In this document: positions 32,112 through 42,132 of the stretch, in pieces
How the letters are laid out: the number at the start of each line of letters is the position of its first letter
How positions within the stretch are numbered: the stretch's first letter is position 1
Made by a program: the position numbers and the translations under genes
The notes under the pieces: model-generated
Seen by the model: the letters and a program-made list of their open reading frames with translations, nothing else
Told to the model about the DNA's origin: nothing
The model's database searches: none
Source: Truepera sp.
GTDB lineage: Bacteria; Deinococcota; Deinococci; Deinococcales; Trueperaceae
Length of the DNA: 64,000 nucleotides
Direction: 5' to 3'
Assembly: GCA_965218435.1 (NCBI GenBank)
Contig: CBDCKW010000009.1
Coordinates: 1,856,001-1,920,000 of the forward strand

Positions 32112-34832
32112 GTGGAGGCCACCGTGCAGAACCAAACGCAACACTCCGTCAACGACTTGAGGCGACTCTACCTCGAGTTTTTCCGCAGCAAAAATCACCT
32201 CATCTATCCGTCTGCGTCCCTAAAAAGTGACGACCCCGGTTTGATGTTTAACGTCGCGGGGATGCAGCAGTTTAAGCCGTATTTTCAGGGCACGACGCCC
32301 CGGTTTCCCGGCGTCAAAGGCGTGTGGCCCCGCGTCACGACGAGCCAAAAGTGTATGCGGGCGGGTGGCAAGGATTCCGACATCGAAAATGTCGGGCGCA
32401 CCCGGCGGCACCATACGTTTTTTGAAATGCTCGGCAACTTCTCGTTTGGCGATTACTTTAAGCGTGAGGCCATTACCTGGGCGTGGGAGTTTCTTACCTC
32501 GAAAGAGTGGTTGGGACTCGAGCCCGAACGTTTGTACATCACCGTGTTTACCGACGACGACGAAGCGTATGCGATTTGGTGCGATGAGGTGGGGATTCCC
32601 AAAGAACACCTCTCCCGTTTCGGTGAGGATGAAAACTTCTGGCCTGCCAACGCCATCAAGGATGAGCGTACCGGGCCGTGCGGCCCCTGCTCTGAAATCT
32701 TTTACGACCGTGGCCCTGAGTTCGGCAGCCCGGATGAAACCGGGCCGAATACGGGTGACGGTGACCGGTACATGGAGTTCTGGAACTTGGTGTTTACCCA
32801 GTTCAATCTTCAAGACGGCGTACTGACGCCGCTACCGAGCAAAAACATTGATACGGGTGGGGGGCTCGAGCGTTTCGCCACCATCCTTTCGGACGCACAA
32901 GACGCCTACGGCACCGAACTCTTCCAGCCCGTGATCCGGCGTTTGGTCGAGCTGTCGGGCGTCCCTTACGAGGATATTAAGAGCGTGCAGCACCGCATCA
33001 TCGCCGACCACGTGCGCTCAGTCAGCATGTGCATTACCGACGGGATTTTACCCGCGAACGACGGCGCAGGTTACGTCATCAAGATGCTGATTCGGCGGGC
33101 GAGTCGGCAGGCGTACGTGCTGGGTCTCCGCGAGCCCGTGCTTCACAAACTCGTCCCCGGTGTGGTCGAAGCGATGGGCGAGGCGTACCCAGAAGTCAAA
33201 GATGCACAAGCGCGGATTGAAGGCATTTTAGAGGCGGAAGAGACGCAGTTTTTGCGGACACTCGAGTCGGGCATCGTCCGGGTCTCGCAACTGCTCGACA
33301 TGTTAGAAGCTAGCGAAGATCTCAAGGTTATTTCCGGTGATATGGCGTTCGACCTCTGGCAGACCTACGGGTTTCCCCTCAGTTTGACCGAAGAGATGGC
33401 TGAAGAGCGCGGCGTCACCGTAGACCGGGCGGGCTATGAAACGGCTAGGGAAGGCGCACGGGAGACCTCGAGGGCTTCACGCGAAGGTGGTGCGATGTTC
33501 ACCGCACAAGATGTTTTTGGGCGCATTGCCGAAGCGCACGGCCCGACGGTGTTTACGGGCTATACCGACCGGGACGGCGAGGCGACCGTGCTGGCGCTCG
33601 TCCGAGACGGTGCAGAACAGAGCGAAGCACGCGAAGGCGACGCCGTGCAAGTTGTACTGAACACGACACCCTTTTACGCCGAGGGCGGCGGGCAGATTGG
33701 CGACGCGGGCGTTTTAGAGTGGCCGGACGGCAAAGCGATGGTCAGTACCACGACGAAAACCAAGAACGGCGTATTCGTCCATCAGACGAGGATTTTACGG
33801 GGCACGCTCACTGACGGCATGACGGTACGGGCCGTGGTTGACCCCAGCCGCGATGAAACCGAAAAACACCATACGGCGACGCACCTGCTGCACGCGGCCT
33901 TACGAAGTATTCTCGGGACGCATGTGGCGCAAGCCGGGTCACTGGTGGCTCCTGACCGCCTCCGGTTCGACTTTTCGCATCCCAAGTCGCTGACGGGTGA
34001 TGAAACCGCGCAGATTGAAGCGCTCGTGAACCGCTGGGTGCAGCGCGATTTGCGGGTATCGTGGCAGGAGGTCACGCTGGCACAGGCGCGGCAAGCTGGG
34101 GCGATGATGCTCTTCGGTGAAAAGTACGGCGACCGGGTGCGGATGGTGACGGTTGCGCCTGAAGGTGAGGCTGGTTCTGCAAAACCTAGTGGGGTATCGC
34201 TCGAGCTTTGCGGCGGCACCCACGCCCCCCGTACCGGCACCTTAGGTGTCTTTTTGATCACCGCAGAAGAGGCCGTGTCAGCGGGTGTGCGGCGGATTGA
34301 AGCCCTCGTCGGTGAGGCGGCACTTTCATATTTGAAAAACCTACGCGAAAGTGTCACAGCGACCTCGAAAGCTCTAGGCGTCAAACCCGAAGAGGTGACG
34401 AGCCGCGTGGAACGCCTGCAAGGTGACCTCAAAGCGAGGGAGCGCGACAACGCACAGCTCCGCGACAAGCTGGCAGCGGCGCAAACCCAGGGCGGCGCTG
34501 CCAGCGAGATCAAAGAGGCGGGCGGGTTTCGCTACAGCACGGTGCAGTTAGACGGCCTCGACGCGGGCGCACTCAGGAACGCTGCCGACGCACTGTTAGA
34601 CCGCTCGGGTGCGGACATCGTGGTCTTGGCGAGTGGACCGCTGATCGTGACCAAAATCAGCAAAGACGCTGAGTCTCGGGGTGCCCACGCGGGCAAGCTC
34701 GTCGGCGAAATCGCTAAACGTGCGGGCGGCGGCGGCGGCGGACGGCCCAATCTGGCGCAGGCCGGGATCAAAGACCTGAGCCGGTTGGACGCAGCCCTCG
34801 CCGCTGTCCCGGACATCATTGCTGCGTCCTGA
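32112..34832 (+). CDS. alaS: Alanine-tRNA ligase
   Basis: HHTFFEMLGNFSFGDYFK, HHTATHLLH, ELCGGTH, GGGGRP. Confidence 0.97.
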   Translation: MEATVQNQTQHSVNDLRRLYLEFFRSKNHLIYPSASLKSDDPGLMFNVAGMQQFKPYFQGTTPRFPGVKGVWPRVTTSQKCMRAGGKDSDIENVGRTRRHHTFFEMLGNFSFGDYFKREAITWAWEFLTSKEWLGLEPERLYITVFTDDDEAYAIWCDEVGIPKEHLSRFGEDENFWPANAIKDERTGPCGPCSEIFYDRGPEFGSPDETGPNTGDGDRYMEFWNLVFTQFNLQDGVLTPLPSKNIDTGGGLERFATILSDAQDAYGTELFQPVIRRLVELSGVPYEDIKSVQHRIIADHVRSVSMCITDGILPANDGAGYVIKMLIRRASRQAYVLGLREPVLHKLVPGVVEAMGEAYPEVKDAQARIEGILEAEETQFLRTLESGIVRVSQLLDMLEASEDLKVISGDMAFDLWQTYGFPLSLTEEMAEERGVTVDRAGYETAREGARETSRASREGGAMFTAQDVFGRIAEAHGPTVFTGYTDRDGEATVLALVRDGAEQSEAREGDAVQVVLNTTPFYAEGGGQIGDAGVLEWPDGKAMVSTTTKTKNGVFVHQTRILRGTLTDGMTVRAVVDPSRDETEKHHTATHLLHAALRSILGTHVAQAGSLVAPDRLRFDFSHPKSLTGDETAQIEALVNRWVQRDLRVSWQEVTLAQARQAGAMMLFGEKYGDRVRMVTVAPEGEAGSAKPSGVSLELCGGTHAPRTGTLGVFLITAEEAVSAGVRRIEALVGEAALSYLKNLRESVTATSKALGVKPEEVTSRVERLQGDLKARERDNAQLRDKLAAAQTQGGAASEIKEAGGFRYSTVQLDGLDAGALRNAADALLDRSGADIVVLASGPLIVTKISKDAESRGAHAGKLVGEIAKRAGGGGGGRPNLAQAGIKDLSRLDAALAAVPDIIAAS

Positions 34833-35643
34833 GTTGAGACAGCCTGAAGACTTCCGGCCCAAGCTCGTCGCCTTCGACCTCGACGGAACGCTCTTACGCC
34901 GGGATAAGACCATCAGCCCCCGCAACCGGGCGGCGGTCGCCGGACTCGTAGCAAAGGGTGTGAGGGTCGTTCTCTGTACCGGACGACCTCCACGAACCGC
35001 GCAGGTATTTGCCGAACAGTTGGCGCTCGTCGACCTCGGCATCGTCTATAACGGCGGGGCGGTGTACAACTTTGCCGAAGACCGGGCGCTCGTGCGCTTC
35101 GATTTTCCTGGTGAGGTGGCGCGTCAGGCCGTCCAAAAGATGCGCGCTGAACATCCAGGGGTGATGTGTGGGCTCGAGACCTCTTACGGCTGGTTTGTAG
35201 ACGCCGAACGTTACGACCTGACTCGGCGGGGCGCGGTTCCTTATGAGAGTGAACCCGACGGCGTTGGGGATGCGCTCAACTTTATCCGGGATGAGGTGAC
35301 CAAACTTCTGTTTTGGCACGCGGGCGAAACGCCGGAAACGCTCAACGCGACGTTGCACGGCTTACCCGTTCACGGAACCTGGAGTATGCCGGGGCTCTTG
35401 GAGATCGTCGGGCCGGAGGTCAACAAACGCACGGCGCTGAGACGTGTGGCTGCCGACATGGGTTTTGCAGCTGAAGACGTGGCAGCCTTCGGTGACCAAC
35501 ATAACGACCGGGAGATGCTTGTATGGGCCGGATTCGGCGTGGCAATGGGCAACGCCGACAAAGACGTACGAGACCTCGCCGATTGGGTGGCGGGTGACGC
35601 GGATGACGACGGCGTAGCGGAGGTGGTCGAAACGTGGCTCTAG
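34819..35643 (+). CDS. Cof-type HAD-IIB hydrolase
   Basis: DLDGTLL, TGR, FGDQHND, AMGNA. Confidence 0.92.
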   Translation: MLRPELRQPEDFRPKLVAFDLDGTLLRRDKTISPRNRAAVAGLVAKGVRVVLCTGRPPRTAQVFAEQLALVDLGIVYNGGAVYNFAEDRALVRFDFPGEVARQAVQKMRAEHPGVMCGLETSYGWFVDAERYDLTRRGAVPYESEPDGVGDALNFIRDEVTKLLFWHAGETPETLNATLHGLPVHGTWSMPGLLEIVGPEVNKRTALRRVAADMGFAAEDVAAFGDQHNDREMLVWAGFGVAMGNADKDVRDLADWVAGDADDDGVAEVVETWL

Positions 35644-35697
35644 GTTTTGACCCTGTTCGTGTGTCATTCTCTTGGGATGTGAGCCTCGAGCCCACTT

Positions 35698-36132
35698 ATG
35701 GCTGACGTTCTGCTGGCACTCGACGTGGGTGAAGCCCGTATCGGGGTGGCTCGAGGCGAAATCGGCTCGTCATTTGCTTTCGGGCGCGGCTATATCGTAC
35801 GGCAAAAACTCTCTGCAGATGTCGAGGTAGTACGTTTACGCGCTGCAGAAGAGGGCGCAGCGCGGATTGTCGTCGGCTTGCCGAGCCGCTTGCGGGGCGG
35901 CGACTCACCGCAGACGGAGAAGGTCAGGCGGTTTGCCGCTGAGCTTGAAAAGATCGGGCTCGAGGTCGCCTTTGAAGACGAACGTCTGACGACCAAGCTG
36001 GCGTCGCAAGGGCTCCTTAAAAGTGGCATCAAAAAGAGGCGGCGGCAAGAAAAAGGGTTATTAGACGAACGAGCGGCGGTACTGATTTTAGAAAGTTACC
36101 TGGCGAAGCACCCATATAAGACATCGCCGTAA
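35698..36132 (+). CDS. ruvX: YqgF/RuvX RNase H-like protein
   Basis: LALDVGEARIGVA, VVGLP, DERLTT, AAVLILE. Confidence 0.92.
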   Translation: MADVLLALDVGEARIGVARGEIGSSFAFGRGYIVRQKLSADVEVVRLRAAEEGAARIVVGLPSRLRGGDSPQTEKVRRFAAELEKIGLEVAFEDERLTTKLASQGLLKSGIKKRRRQEKGLLDERAAVLILESYLAKHPYKTSP

Positions 36133-36177
36133 CCCGTCGCCGTAAAATATCACCGTAAAACACTGCCGTAACCCGTC
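36126..36177. repeat. Imperfect 13-bp tandem repeat x4
   Basis: GCCGTAACCCGTC/GCCGTAAAATATC/ACCGTAAAACACT/GCCGTAACCCGTC. Confidence 0.75.
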
Positions 36178-36251
36178 GGCAACATATTCAGCACCATGTT
36201 TTGTACCAATTTGACGAGTTTTTCCCGTGTTTACACGGTAGACTGGGCCGC

Positions 36252-37349
36252 GTGAGCGAAGTCCCGACCAAACCAACTCAGCCCGCACCTGAACCGGTAG
36301 AGCTCGCGCCGAAACGTCCAGGGTTGCGCGGCTGGGTGCGTGGCCTTTTAGTCGGCGTTTTGCTTGTCGTCGGCGTTGTGGCGCTGGGTGTGCGCTGGGT
36401 AGAGCGGCAGCTTCAGCCGGTCGCCGAGACGGGCGCAGTACAAGATAAGGCGCAGACGTTCGAGGTCGCGCCGGGGTGGGGCGCGGCGCAAGTGGCCGGG
36501 GCGTTAGAAGACGCCGGACTCGTCCGCAACGCCCGTGTCTTCAGCGTTTATTTACGGCTCGAGAACCTTGACCGGAGCGTCGGCGAAGGGCTCTACACCC
36601 TCAACCCGAGCTTGAGCGTGCCGGAGCTGGCGCGGCGGCTTGCGCGTGGGGGTCAACCGCGCATCACAGCTGTCGTTATCCCTGAAGGCTTTCGGACGAC
36701 GCAGGTGGTCAGCCGCCTTAAAACCGAGTTGGGCGTAGATATCGGGCCGCTCGTCAAACGACCCGGCGCGTGGCGGCCTGCGTTTGTCCCGGTGGGGGCG
36801 GGGCTCGAGGGCTACCTCTTCCCGGCCCGTTATGACTTTCCGGTAGGGAGCACGCCTAGAGAGGTCGTTGAGCAGATGCTCCGCCGCTTTGAACGTGAGC
36901 TGACGCCAGGCGTTAAGCAAAACTTGAAAAGTTTGGGCTTAAGCGTTCAAGCGTGGGTCACGCTCGCCAGTATGGTGCAGGCCGAAGCGGGCTCGTACGC
37001 TGAAATGCCCGTGATCGCCGGGGTATTCTTAAACCGTTTGGACCGCGATATGCTCCTTCAGTCCGACCCGACCGTCGCCTACGGCCTCGGCAAACGCCTG
37101 CCCGACCTCGACGCGGTAGCTGGCGACCTTAAACAAGACACACCCTGGAACACCTATACACGGGCCGGTCTCCCCCGCACCCCCATCGGTAACCCCGGCG
37201 CACGCGCACTTCAGGTTATCTTTCAGGCGCAGCGGACGAACGCCCAAGGTCAACCTTATCTCTACTTTTTGCACGCACCGGGCGGCGAGTTTCGGCCCAA
37301 TTTGACGCTCGAGGGTCACAACCACGACGTGGCCGCATATCTAAAGTGA
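36252..37349 (+). CDS. mltG: Endolytic transglycosylase MltG
   Basis: LEGYLFP, LASMVQAE, LQSDPT, WNTYTRAGLPRTPIGNPG; TAGACT 7 nt before the GTG at 36252. Confidence 0.92.
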   Translation: MSEVPTKPTQPAPEPVELAPKRPGLRGWVRGLLVGVLLVVGVVALGVRWVERQLQPVAETGAVQDKAQTFEVAPGWGAAQVAGALEDAGLVRNARVFSVYLRLENLDRSVGEGLYTLNPSLSVPELARRLARGGQPRITAVVIPEGFRTTQVVSRLKTELGVDIGPLVKRPGAWRPAFVPVGAGLEGYLFPARYDFPVGSTPREVVEQMLRRFERELTPGVKQNLKSLGLSVQAWVTLASMVQAEAGSYAEMPVIAGVFLNRLDRDMLLQSDPTVAYGLGKRLPDLDAVAGDLKQDTPWNTYTRAGLPRTPIGNPGARALQVIFQAQRTNAQGQPYLYFLHAPGGEFRPNLTLEGHNHDVAAYLK

Positions 37350-37356
37350 GGGCGGC

Positions 37357-38535
37357 ATAATCAAGCACTTTGTCCTTTTTTTAGCCCTGCGTCATATCCG
37401 CCGCCGCGCCCTGCAGAGCAGCCTGACGCTCCTCGGCGTCGCCGTCGGGGTCATGGTTTTAATCACCGCACTTTCTCTAACCAACGGGTTTATTGACGAA
37501 CTCATCAGCAGTACCTTAGAGGCCACGCCGCACGTCTCGCTAGCGGCTTATGACAACACGCCGCTAAAAAACGACCCTGAAACGCTGCAGCGTATCGAGG
37601 CGCTCCCCGGTGTGGTCGCCGCTGCGCCGTACCTCTCGGGCCAGGCCCTGATCGCCCGCCGCGCCGACGCGGCCGCCGGAGTTTCAGGGGCCAGGGGCTA
37701 CACGCAGGTTTTGGGGATTGACCCGGCCCGAGAGCAGCAGGTGCTCGGGCTGAGCGTCTTGAAACAAGAGCAACAAGCGTTGGTTTCAGGTGGCATCATC
37801 TTAGGCAGCAGCCTCGCGCGTAACCTGGGCGTCGTGGCGGGTGACGAGGTGATTTTGGTAGACATCAGCCGCAGCCGCACGACCTTTCCGGTCGCTGGAA
37901 CCTTCCGCGTCGGGAACGAGATTATTGACGGTGCGCTCTCTTACACGTCAATTCCGACGTTGCAAGATTATCTGGACGAAAAAGGTCAGATCAGCGGCTA
38001 CCACGTGCGGCTTACTGACCCCGCTGACGCTGAGGCGTTTTCGCAAACGCTGGCTGATGAAACCGGTTTGTGGGCGACGCCGTGGCAAAACTTGTTCGGC
38101 GGCCTGGTACGGCAGCTCGAGCTACAAAAAACATTGATCGGCGTAGTGGTCTTCCTCATCGTCTTGGTCGCGGCGATGGGAATTGCCAACATTTTAATTT
38201 TGACCGTCGCTGAAAAGACCGAAGAGATCGCCATCTTACGGGCCATCGGCGCGTCGCAGCGGCAGATTTTAGCCGTCTTTACGACTGAGGGCTTGCTGTT
38301 AGGTGGCGGCGGCACCCTGTTAGGCGCACTGCTGGGGCTCGGCCTAAGCTTGTATTTTAAGTTTCAACCCTATCCGCTCCCCGGCGACCTCTACTTCATT
38401 ACGCAATTGCCCGTCGAGCTGCAACCGTGGGACTTTATCTGGGTGTGCGCCCTGTCTCTCGGGACGAGTGTGCTGGCGGCGCTGTTACCGGCGCGGCGGG
38501 CGGGCAGGCTCGACCCGGCGGAGATTTTGCGGTAA
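37357..38535 (+). CDS. LolC/E (FtsX/MacB-type) ABC permease
   Basis: EIAILRAIGAS, LPGDLYFI, LLPARRAGRLDPAEILR; homologous N-terminus extends upstream of the ATG at 37453. Confidence 0.85.
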   Translation: MIKHFVLFLALRHIRRRALQSSLTLLGVAVGVMVLITALSLTNGFIDELISSTLEATPHVSLAAYDNTPLKNDPETLQRIEALPGVVAAAPYLSGQALIARRADAAAGVSGARGYTQVLGIDPAREQQVLGLSVLKQEQQALVSGGIILGSSLARNLGVVAGDEVILVDISRSRTTFPVAGTFRVGNEIIDGALSYTSIPTLQDYLDEKGQISGYHVRLTDPADAEAFSQTLADETGLWATPWQNLFGGLVRQLELQKTLIGVVVFLIVLVAAMGIANILILTVAEKTEEIAILRAIGASQRQILAVFTTEGLLLGGGGTLLGALLGLGLSLYFKFQPYPLPGDLYFITQLPVELQPWDFIWVCALSLGTSVLAALLPARRAGRLDPAEILR

Positions 38536-38608
38536 GGACTGGTAAGGCGGAACTTGTACAGAATTTATACCCCTTGTACGCAGCGCCGCTATAGACGACA
38601 ATAAACGC

Positions 38609-39001
38609 ATGAGAGAAAGACGCATCCTGACGAGTTTGCTCTGCCTCTTGTTAGGCGTACTCTTTACTATCAGCATTTTTGGGACTGCCCCAAACTACTA
38701 GCGAGCGAAACGCTTTAGCGCGGCTGTCGCACAACACCTACCTTTAGGCTCATCTAAAGCTCAAGTTTTGCCGTTTTTGACAAACGAGAAAATCGAGCAT
38801 TCGTATGTTGAGCGTGACTTTGAACTTGGGTCAGCTGTCAAAGAAGGTTTGCAGCCGTCACAACCGGGCGGCGTAGCATTTTCTATAGTTCGGCGTACAG
38901 CTCGAGGGTTACTGACTAGAGGTGACACCCGGTTCGTATTCTTTTTTGATAAAGCAGAAAAACTCATCAAGGTGTCAGAAAAGCTTTACACAGGGTTATA
39001 A
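38609..39001 (+). pseudogene. Secreted/membrane-anchored protein with an in-frame TAG
   Basis: MRERRILTSLLCLLLGVLF...NY*RAKRF...LPLGSSKAQVL...; TAG at 38699-38701 in frame with the 38768-39001 ORF. Confidence 0.65.
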
Positions 39002-39116
39002 ACCTGGTCACATACTGTCTTAAATCAATCAGGCGCTACGCACTTAGTGCTTAAACATTTTCATCCGTACCGGGTAGAGTAACATGTGTTTATTTTCCTT
39101 TTGAATAGGTCTTGCT

Positions 39117-40337
39117 GTGACCACTGACGCGCCCCTGTCGTCCGCAGGGGTCACGCAACCCACCCGCGAAGCCGCAGTGAACGGCGCTGATTTGACGCTG
39201 CTCGGCACAGCCCACGTCTCGAGAGCGAGCGCCGAAGAGGTCGAACGCCTGCTGCGTACCGGCGACTACGACGCGGTAGCTTTAGAACTCGACCCCGGTC
39301 GCCACGCTGCCTTAACCGACCCCGACCGCTGGGCCAAAACCGACCTGTTTCAGGTCTTGCGCGAGGGCAAAGCCGCGATGATGGCCGCGAACCTTGCGCT
39401 AGGGGCATACCAGCAGCGGTTGGCGGAGCAGTCCGGCACCGAACCGGGCGAAGAGATGCGCCGCGCCCTCCGGGTTGCCGGTGAGCTCGAGCTGCCCGTC
39501 CTCTTAATTGACCGCGACATCGGCGTGACACTTCGGCGCGTGTACGCGAACGTCGGTTTTTGGAAGCGGATGACGCTGTTAGCCGGGCTCATGGGCAGCG
39601 TGGTCAGCCGCGAAGAGGTTACACCCGAAGAGATTGAAAAACTTAAAGAAGGGGACGTGTTGGAGGCGACCTTTTCCGAGTTTTCCAACAAGGAGGGCGA
39701 GCTCTTTACGCCGCTGATTCAGGAGCGTGATCACTATATGGCGGCGCGGCTCCGTGAAGAGACCGCCGCTAAGCCGTACAAAAAAGTCTTGGTGGTCATC
39801 GGGGCGGGGCATCTGAAAGGGCTCGACTTACGTTTAAGTACACCCCCGGCTGTCCCCCCAGCTGAAGAGATTGAGAGTCTCACAACGATTCCCAAAGGCG
39901 CACCGTGGGGTCAAATCCTCTCGTGGGCGCTCGTCGCCTTTTTTATCCTCGGGTTTGCCCTCGCCTTTTTGCAGAGCCCGGAGGTCGGTTGGCAACTCGT
40001 CACGCGCTGGCTGCTCTTAAACGGCGGGCTCGCCGCGCTCGGAGCACTCGTCGCGTTGGCGCATCCGCTGACGATTTTAGCGACGTTTCTAGGTGCGCCT
40101 ATCGGCACGCTGAGTCCGACTTTGGGCGTCGGCATGATCGCCGGAGCCGCCGAACTGTGGCTCCGCAAACCGCAGATGGGCGACTTCGCCCGGTTGCGGC
40201 AAGACATCACCGAAACGCGAGGCTGGTGGCGCAACAAAGTCGCCCGTATCTTTCTGATCTTCTTTTTAACGAGCATCGGTGGGGCGCTGGGCAACTACCT
40301 CACGTTGCCCCGGCTGATCGGGCAATTTTTTAGATAG
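39117..40337 (+). CDS. TraB/PrgY (TraB/GumN) family membrane protein
   Basis: LGTAHVS, VALELD, PGEEM, IDRDI, ERD, GAGH; C-terminal TM segments. Confidence 0.88.
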   Translation: MTTDAPLSSAGVTQPTREAAVNGADLTLLGTAHVSRASAEEVERLLRTGDYDAVALELDPGRHAALTDPDRWAKTDLFQVLREGKAAMMAANLALGAYQQRLAEQSGTEPGEEMRRALRVAGELELPVLLIDRDIGVTLRRVYANVGFWKRMTLLAGLMGSVVSREEVTPEEIEKLKEGDVLEATFSEFSNKEGELFTPLIQERDHYMAARLREETAAKPYKKVLVVIGAGHLKGLDLRLSTPPAVPPAEEIESLTTIPKGAPWGQILSWALVAFFILGFALAFLQSPEVGWQLVTRWLLLNGGLAALGALVALAHPLTILATFLGAPIGTLSPTLGVGMIAGAAELWLRKPQMGDFARLRQDITETRGWWRNKVARIFLIFFLTSIGGALGNYLTLPRLIGQFFR

Positions 40338-40823
40338 ATGAGCAAGCCGCCCGATGAATACCCGTACGAGCGGGCCTGGAACTATGTGCTCTGGCTTTTA
40401 GGGCGACAGGCGTACACGACCTGGCAGCTTAAAGATAAGCTCGCCCGCAAAGGGGCCACGGAAGAAACGATCACACGAGTTTTGGATAAACTCCTCGAGC
40501 TCAAACTGGTGGACGACGCCCTTTACGCCGAGGCGTTTGTCCGCTCGAGGAGCCGCAGCAAAGGGGCCATTCGGCTCCGGCAAGAGCTGTTTCGTAAAGG
40601 TGTCGCCGAGCCGCTCGTAGACAAAGCCGTCGGTGAGCTGGACGAACACACCCAGTTAGAAAGTGCGCTGGCTCTAACTGAGAAAAACCTCTGGCGCTGG
40701 AAGGGCGAGCCGCGTGAACGCTACGCTAAAGCCTATGCATTTTTAGCGCGGCGTGGGTTTCCAGGCGATGTAGTAAGGGGGGCGTTGGGGCAAACCTTTT
40801 CCGCCGAAGACTTAGAGACCTAG
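40338..40823 (+). CDS. recX: Regulatory protein RecX
   Basis: VDDALYAE, KGAIRLRQELFRKGV, FLARRGF. Confidence 0.88.
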   Translation: MSKPPDEYPYERAWNYVLWLLGRQAYTTWQLKDKLARKGATEETITRVLDKLLELKLVDDALYAEAFVRSRSRSKGAIRLRQELFRKGVAEPLVDKAVGELDEHTQLESALALTEKNLWRWKGEPRERYAKAYAFLARRGFPGDVVRGALGQTFSAEDLET

Positions 40824-40908
40824 TAGCAAAACCTAGCGTCAGGACAATCGACACTGCTGAAGCCGTACCAAAGCGCGTTATAGTCGTATTTGCCTTCTGG
40901 AGGTCACT

Positions 40909-41268
40909 ATGGCGCTATACAACATCCACAACTACTACGGTCAATTTTTACAGCTCGTTCCAATCGTCGCGCTGATTTGGTTTGCCATTCGGCGGCGCGG
41001 CGCGGTGCAGCGCGTTGCGCCCGTTCTCTTAGACATCAACGTGCTGATTGGACTGATTCTTTACGCCGTCTCAGGGCGGCAGGTATCGGTCTGGCACCCG
41101 GTCTTTATGCTCGCAGCCATCGGACTGGCGCACGGCGTCGCTAGAAACCAAAACCGCCGGGTCGTTCTCGGCGCGTGGATCGGCGTGTTGCTGCTCGTCT
41201 TGGTCGGCGTGCAGATTGCCTCAGGGCGACTGCTCACCACGCCGCTACTGCCCGCCGTTAACTTGTAA
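40909..41268 (+). CDS. Small four-TM membrane protein
   Basis: Hydrophobic pattern; GGAGG RBS. Confidence 0.7.
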   Translation: MALYNIHNYYGQFLQLVPIVALIWFAIRRRGAVQRVAPVLLDINVLIGLILYAVSGRQVSVWHPVFMLAAIGLAHGVARNQNRRVVLGAWIGVLLLVLVGVQIASGRLLTTPLLPAVNL

Positions 41269-41276
41269 GGCGCAGC

Positions 41277-41306
41277 TTGACGCCTGCGTCGCACGTTTTG
41301 TAGACT
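41277..41306 (+). promoter_or_regulatory. Promoter of tRNA-Pro
   Basis: TTGACG-N18-TAGACT, 12 nt before the tRNA. Confidence 0.7.
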
Positions 41307-41318
41307 AAGCTCTTGCGT

Positions 41319-41395
41319 CGGGGCGTAGCGCAGCCTGGTAGCGCACATCGTTCGGGACGATGGGGTCGGAAGTTCAAATCTTCTCGCCCCGACCA
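41319..41395 (+). tRNA. tRNA-Pro (anticodon CGG)
   Basis: CGGGGCG acceptor stem, anticodon arm CATCG-TTCGGGA-CGATG, GTTCAAAT T-loop, encoded CCA. Confidence 0.97.
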
Positions 41396-41398
41396 ACA

Positions 41399-41428
41399 AA
41401 CCCGGAGCTCGAGCTCCGGGTTCCTTTT
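41399..41428. terminator. Perfect 24-bp palindrome / likely terminator between tRNA-Pro and cysH
   Basis: AACCCGGAGCTCGAGCTCCGGGTT followed by CCTTTT. Confidence 0.7.
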
Positions 41429-41463
41429 ATCCAAGCCAAACACGGTCCTGGGACCAAACGCGG

Positions 41464-42132
41464 TTAGACGGCCCGGTCGCCCCACCAGAGCCCACACTCG
41501 GTTTTATCCTGACCTTCCCAGCGCCCAGCGCGGACGCTCTCCCCGGCGCGGACCGGGCGCGTCGTCGGGGCGCAGCCGATACTCAGGTAGCCCTGCCAGT
41601 AGAGCGGGTTGACCGGCAAGTCGTGATCTTTGGCGTAGGTCTCGAGGTCACCTTGACTCCACTCTACGAGCGGATTGACCTTGAGGTAATCGCCCGAGTC
41701 TTCGACAGTGTTCAAAATCGCGCGAGTTTCACTTTGAAAACGGCTCCGCGCACTTAAGAGGGCACTTGGTTTTTTCGCTTCTAAAAACGCCCTGAGCGGT
41801 TCAACTTTGCGTACCGTGCAGCAGTTCGCCTCACCGCACGCAGGTAGGTCTGAAGCCGCCGGGGTCAGCGTCGTCAGGGTAAGTTCAGGGTAACGCGCGG
41901 CGATTTCGTCACGGGTTTGGAGCGTTTCGGGAAAGTGCGAGAACGTGTCAATAAAGACCAGCTCACCGCGAAACCCGGCGCGTACCGCGAGGTCAACGAG
42001 CACCGTCCCGTTTAAGTTAAAGCCGCTCGTCATCAAGAGGTCGGGATAGTCCTCTAAAGCCCAACGGATGGTCTCGAGGGTTTTGGCTTCCAGCACGCGC
42101 TTTTCCAGAACGTCGAGCGCAGGCGGGTTCAC
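41464..42132 (-). CDS. cysH: APS/PAPS reductase
   Basis: [36 protein letters not shown]. Confidence 0.9.
   Translation of the reverse strand: MNPPALDVLEKRVLEAKTLETIRWALEDYPDLLMTSGFNLNGTVLVDLAVRAGFRGELVFIDTFSHFPETLQTRDEIAARYPELTLTTLTPAASDLPACGEANCCTVRKVEPLRAFLEAKKPSALLSARSRFQSETRAILNTVEDSGDYLKVNPLVEWSQGDLETYAKDHDLPVNPLYWQGYLSIGCAPTTRPVRAGESVRAGRWEGQDKTECGLWWGDRAV

Noticed and set aside
41319..41464. Integrative element at tRNA-Pro
   Set aside because: No integrase and no duplicated tRNA 3' end found in the window.
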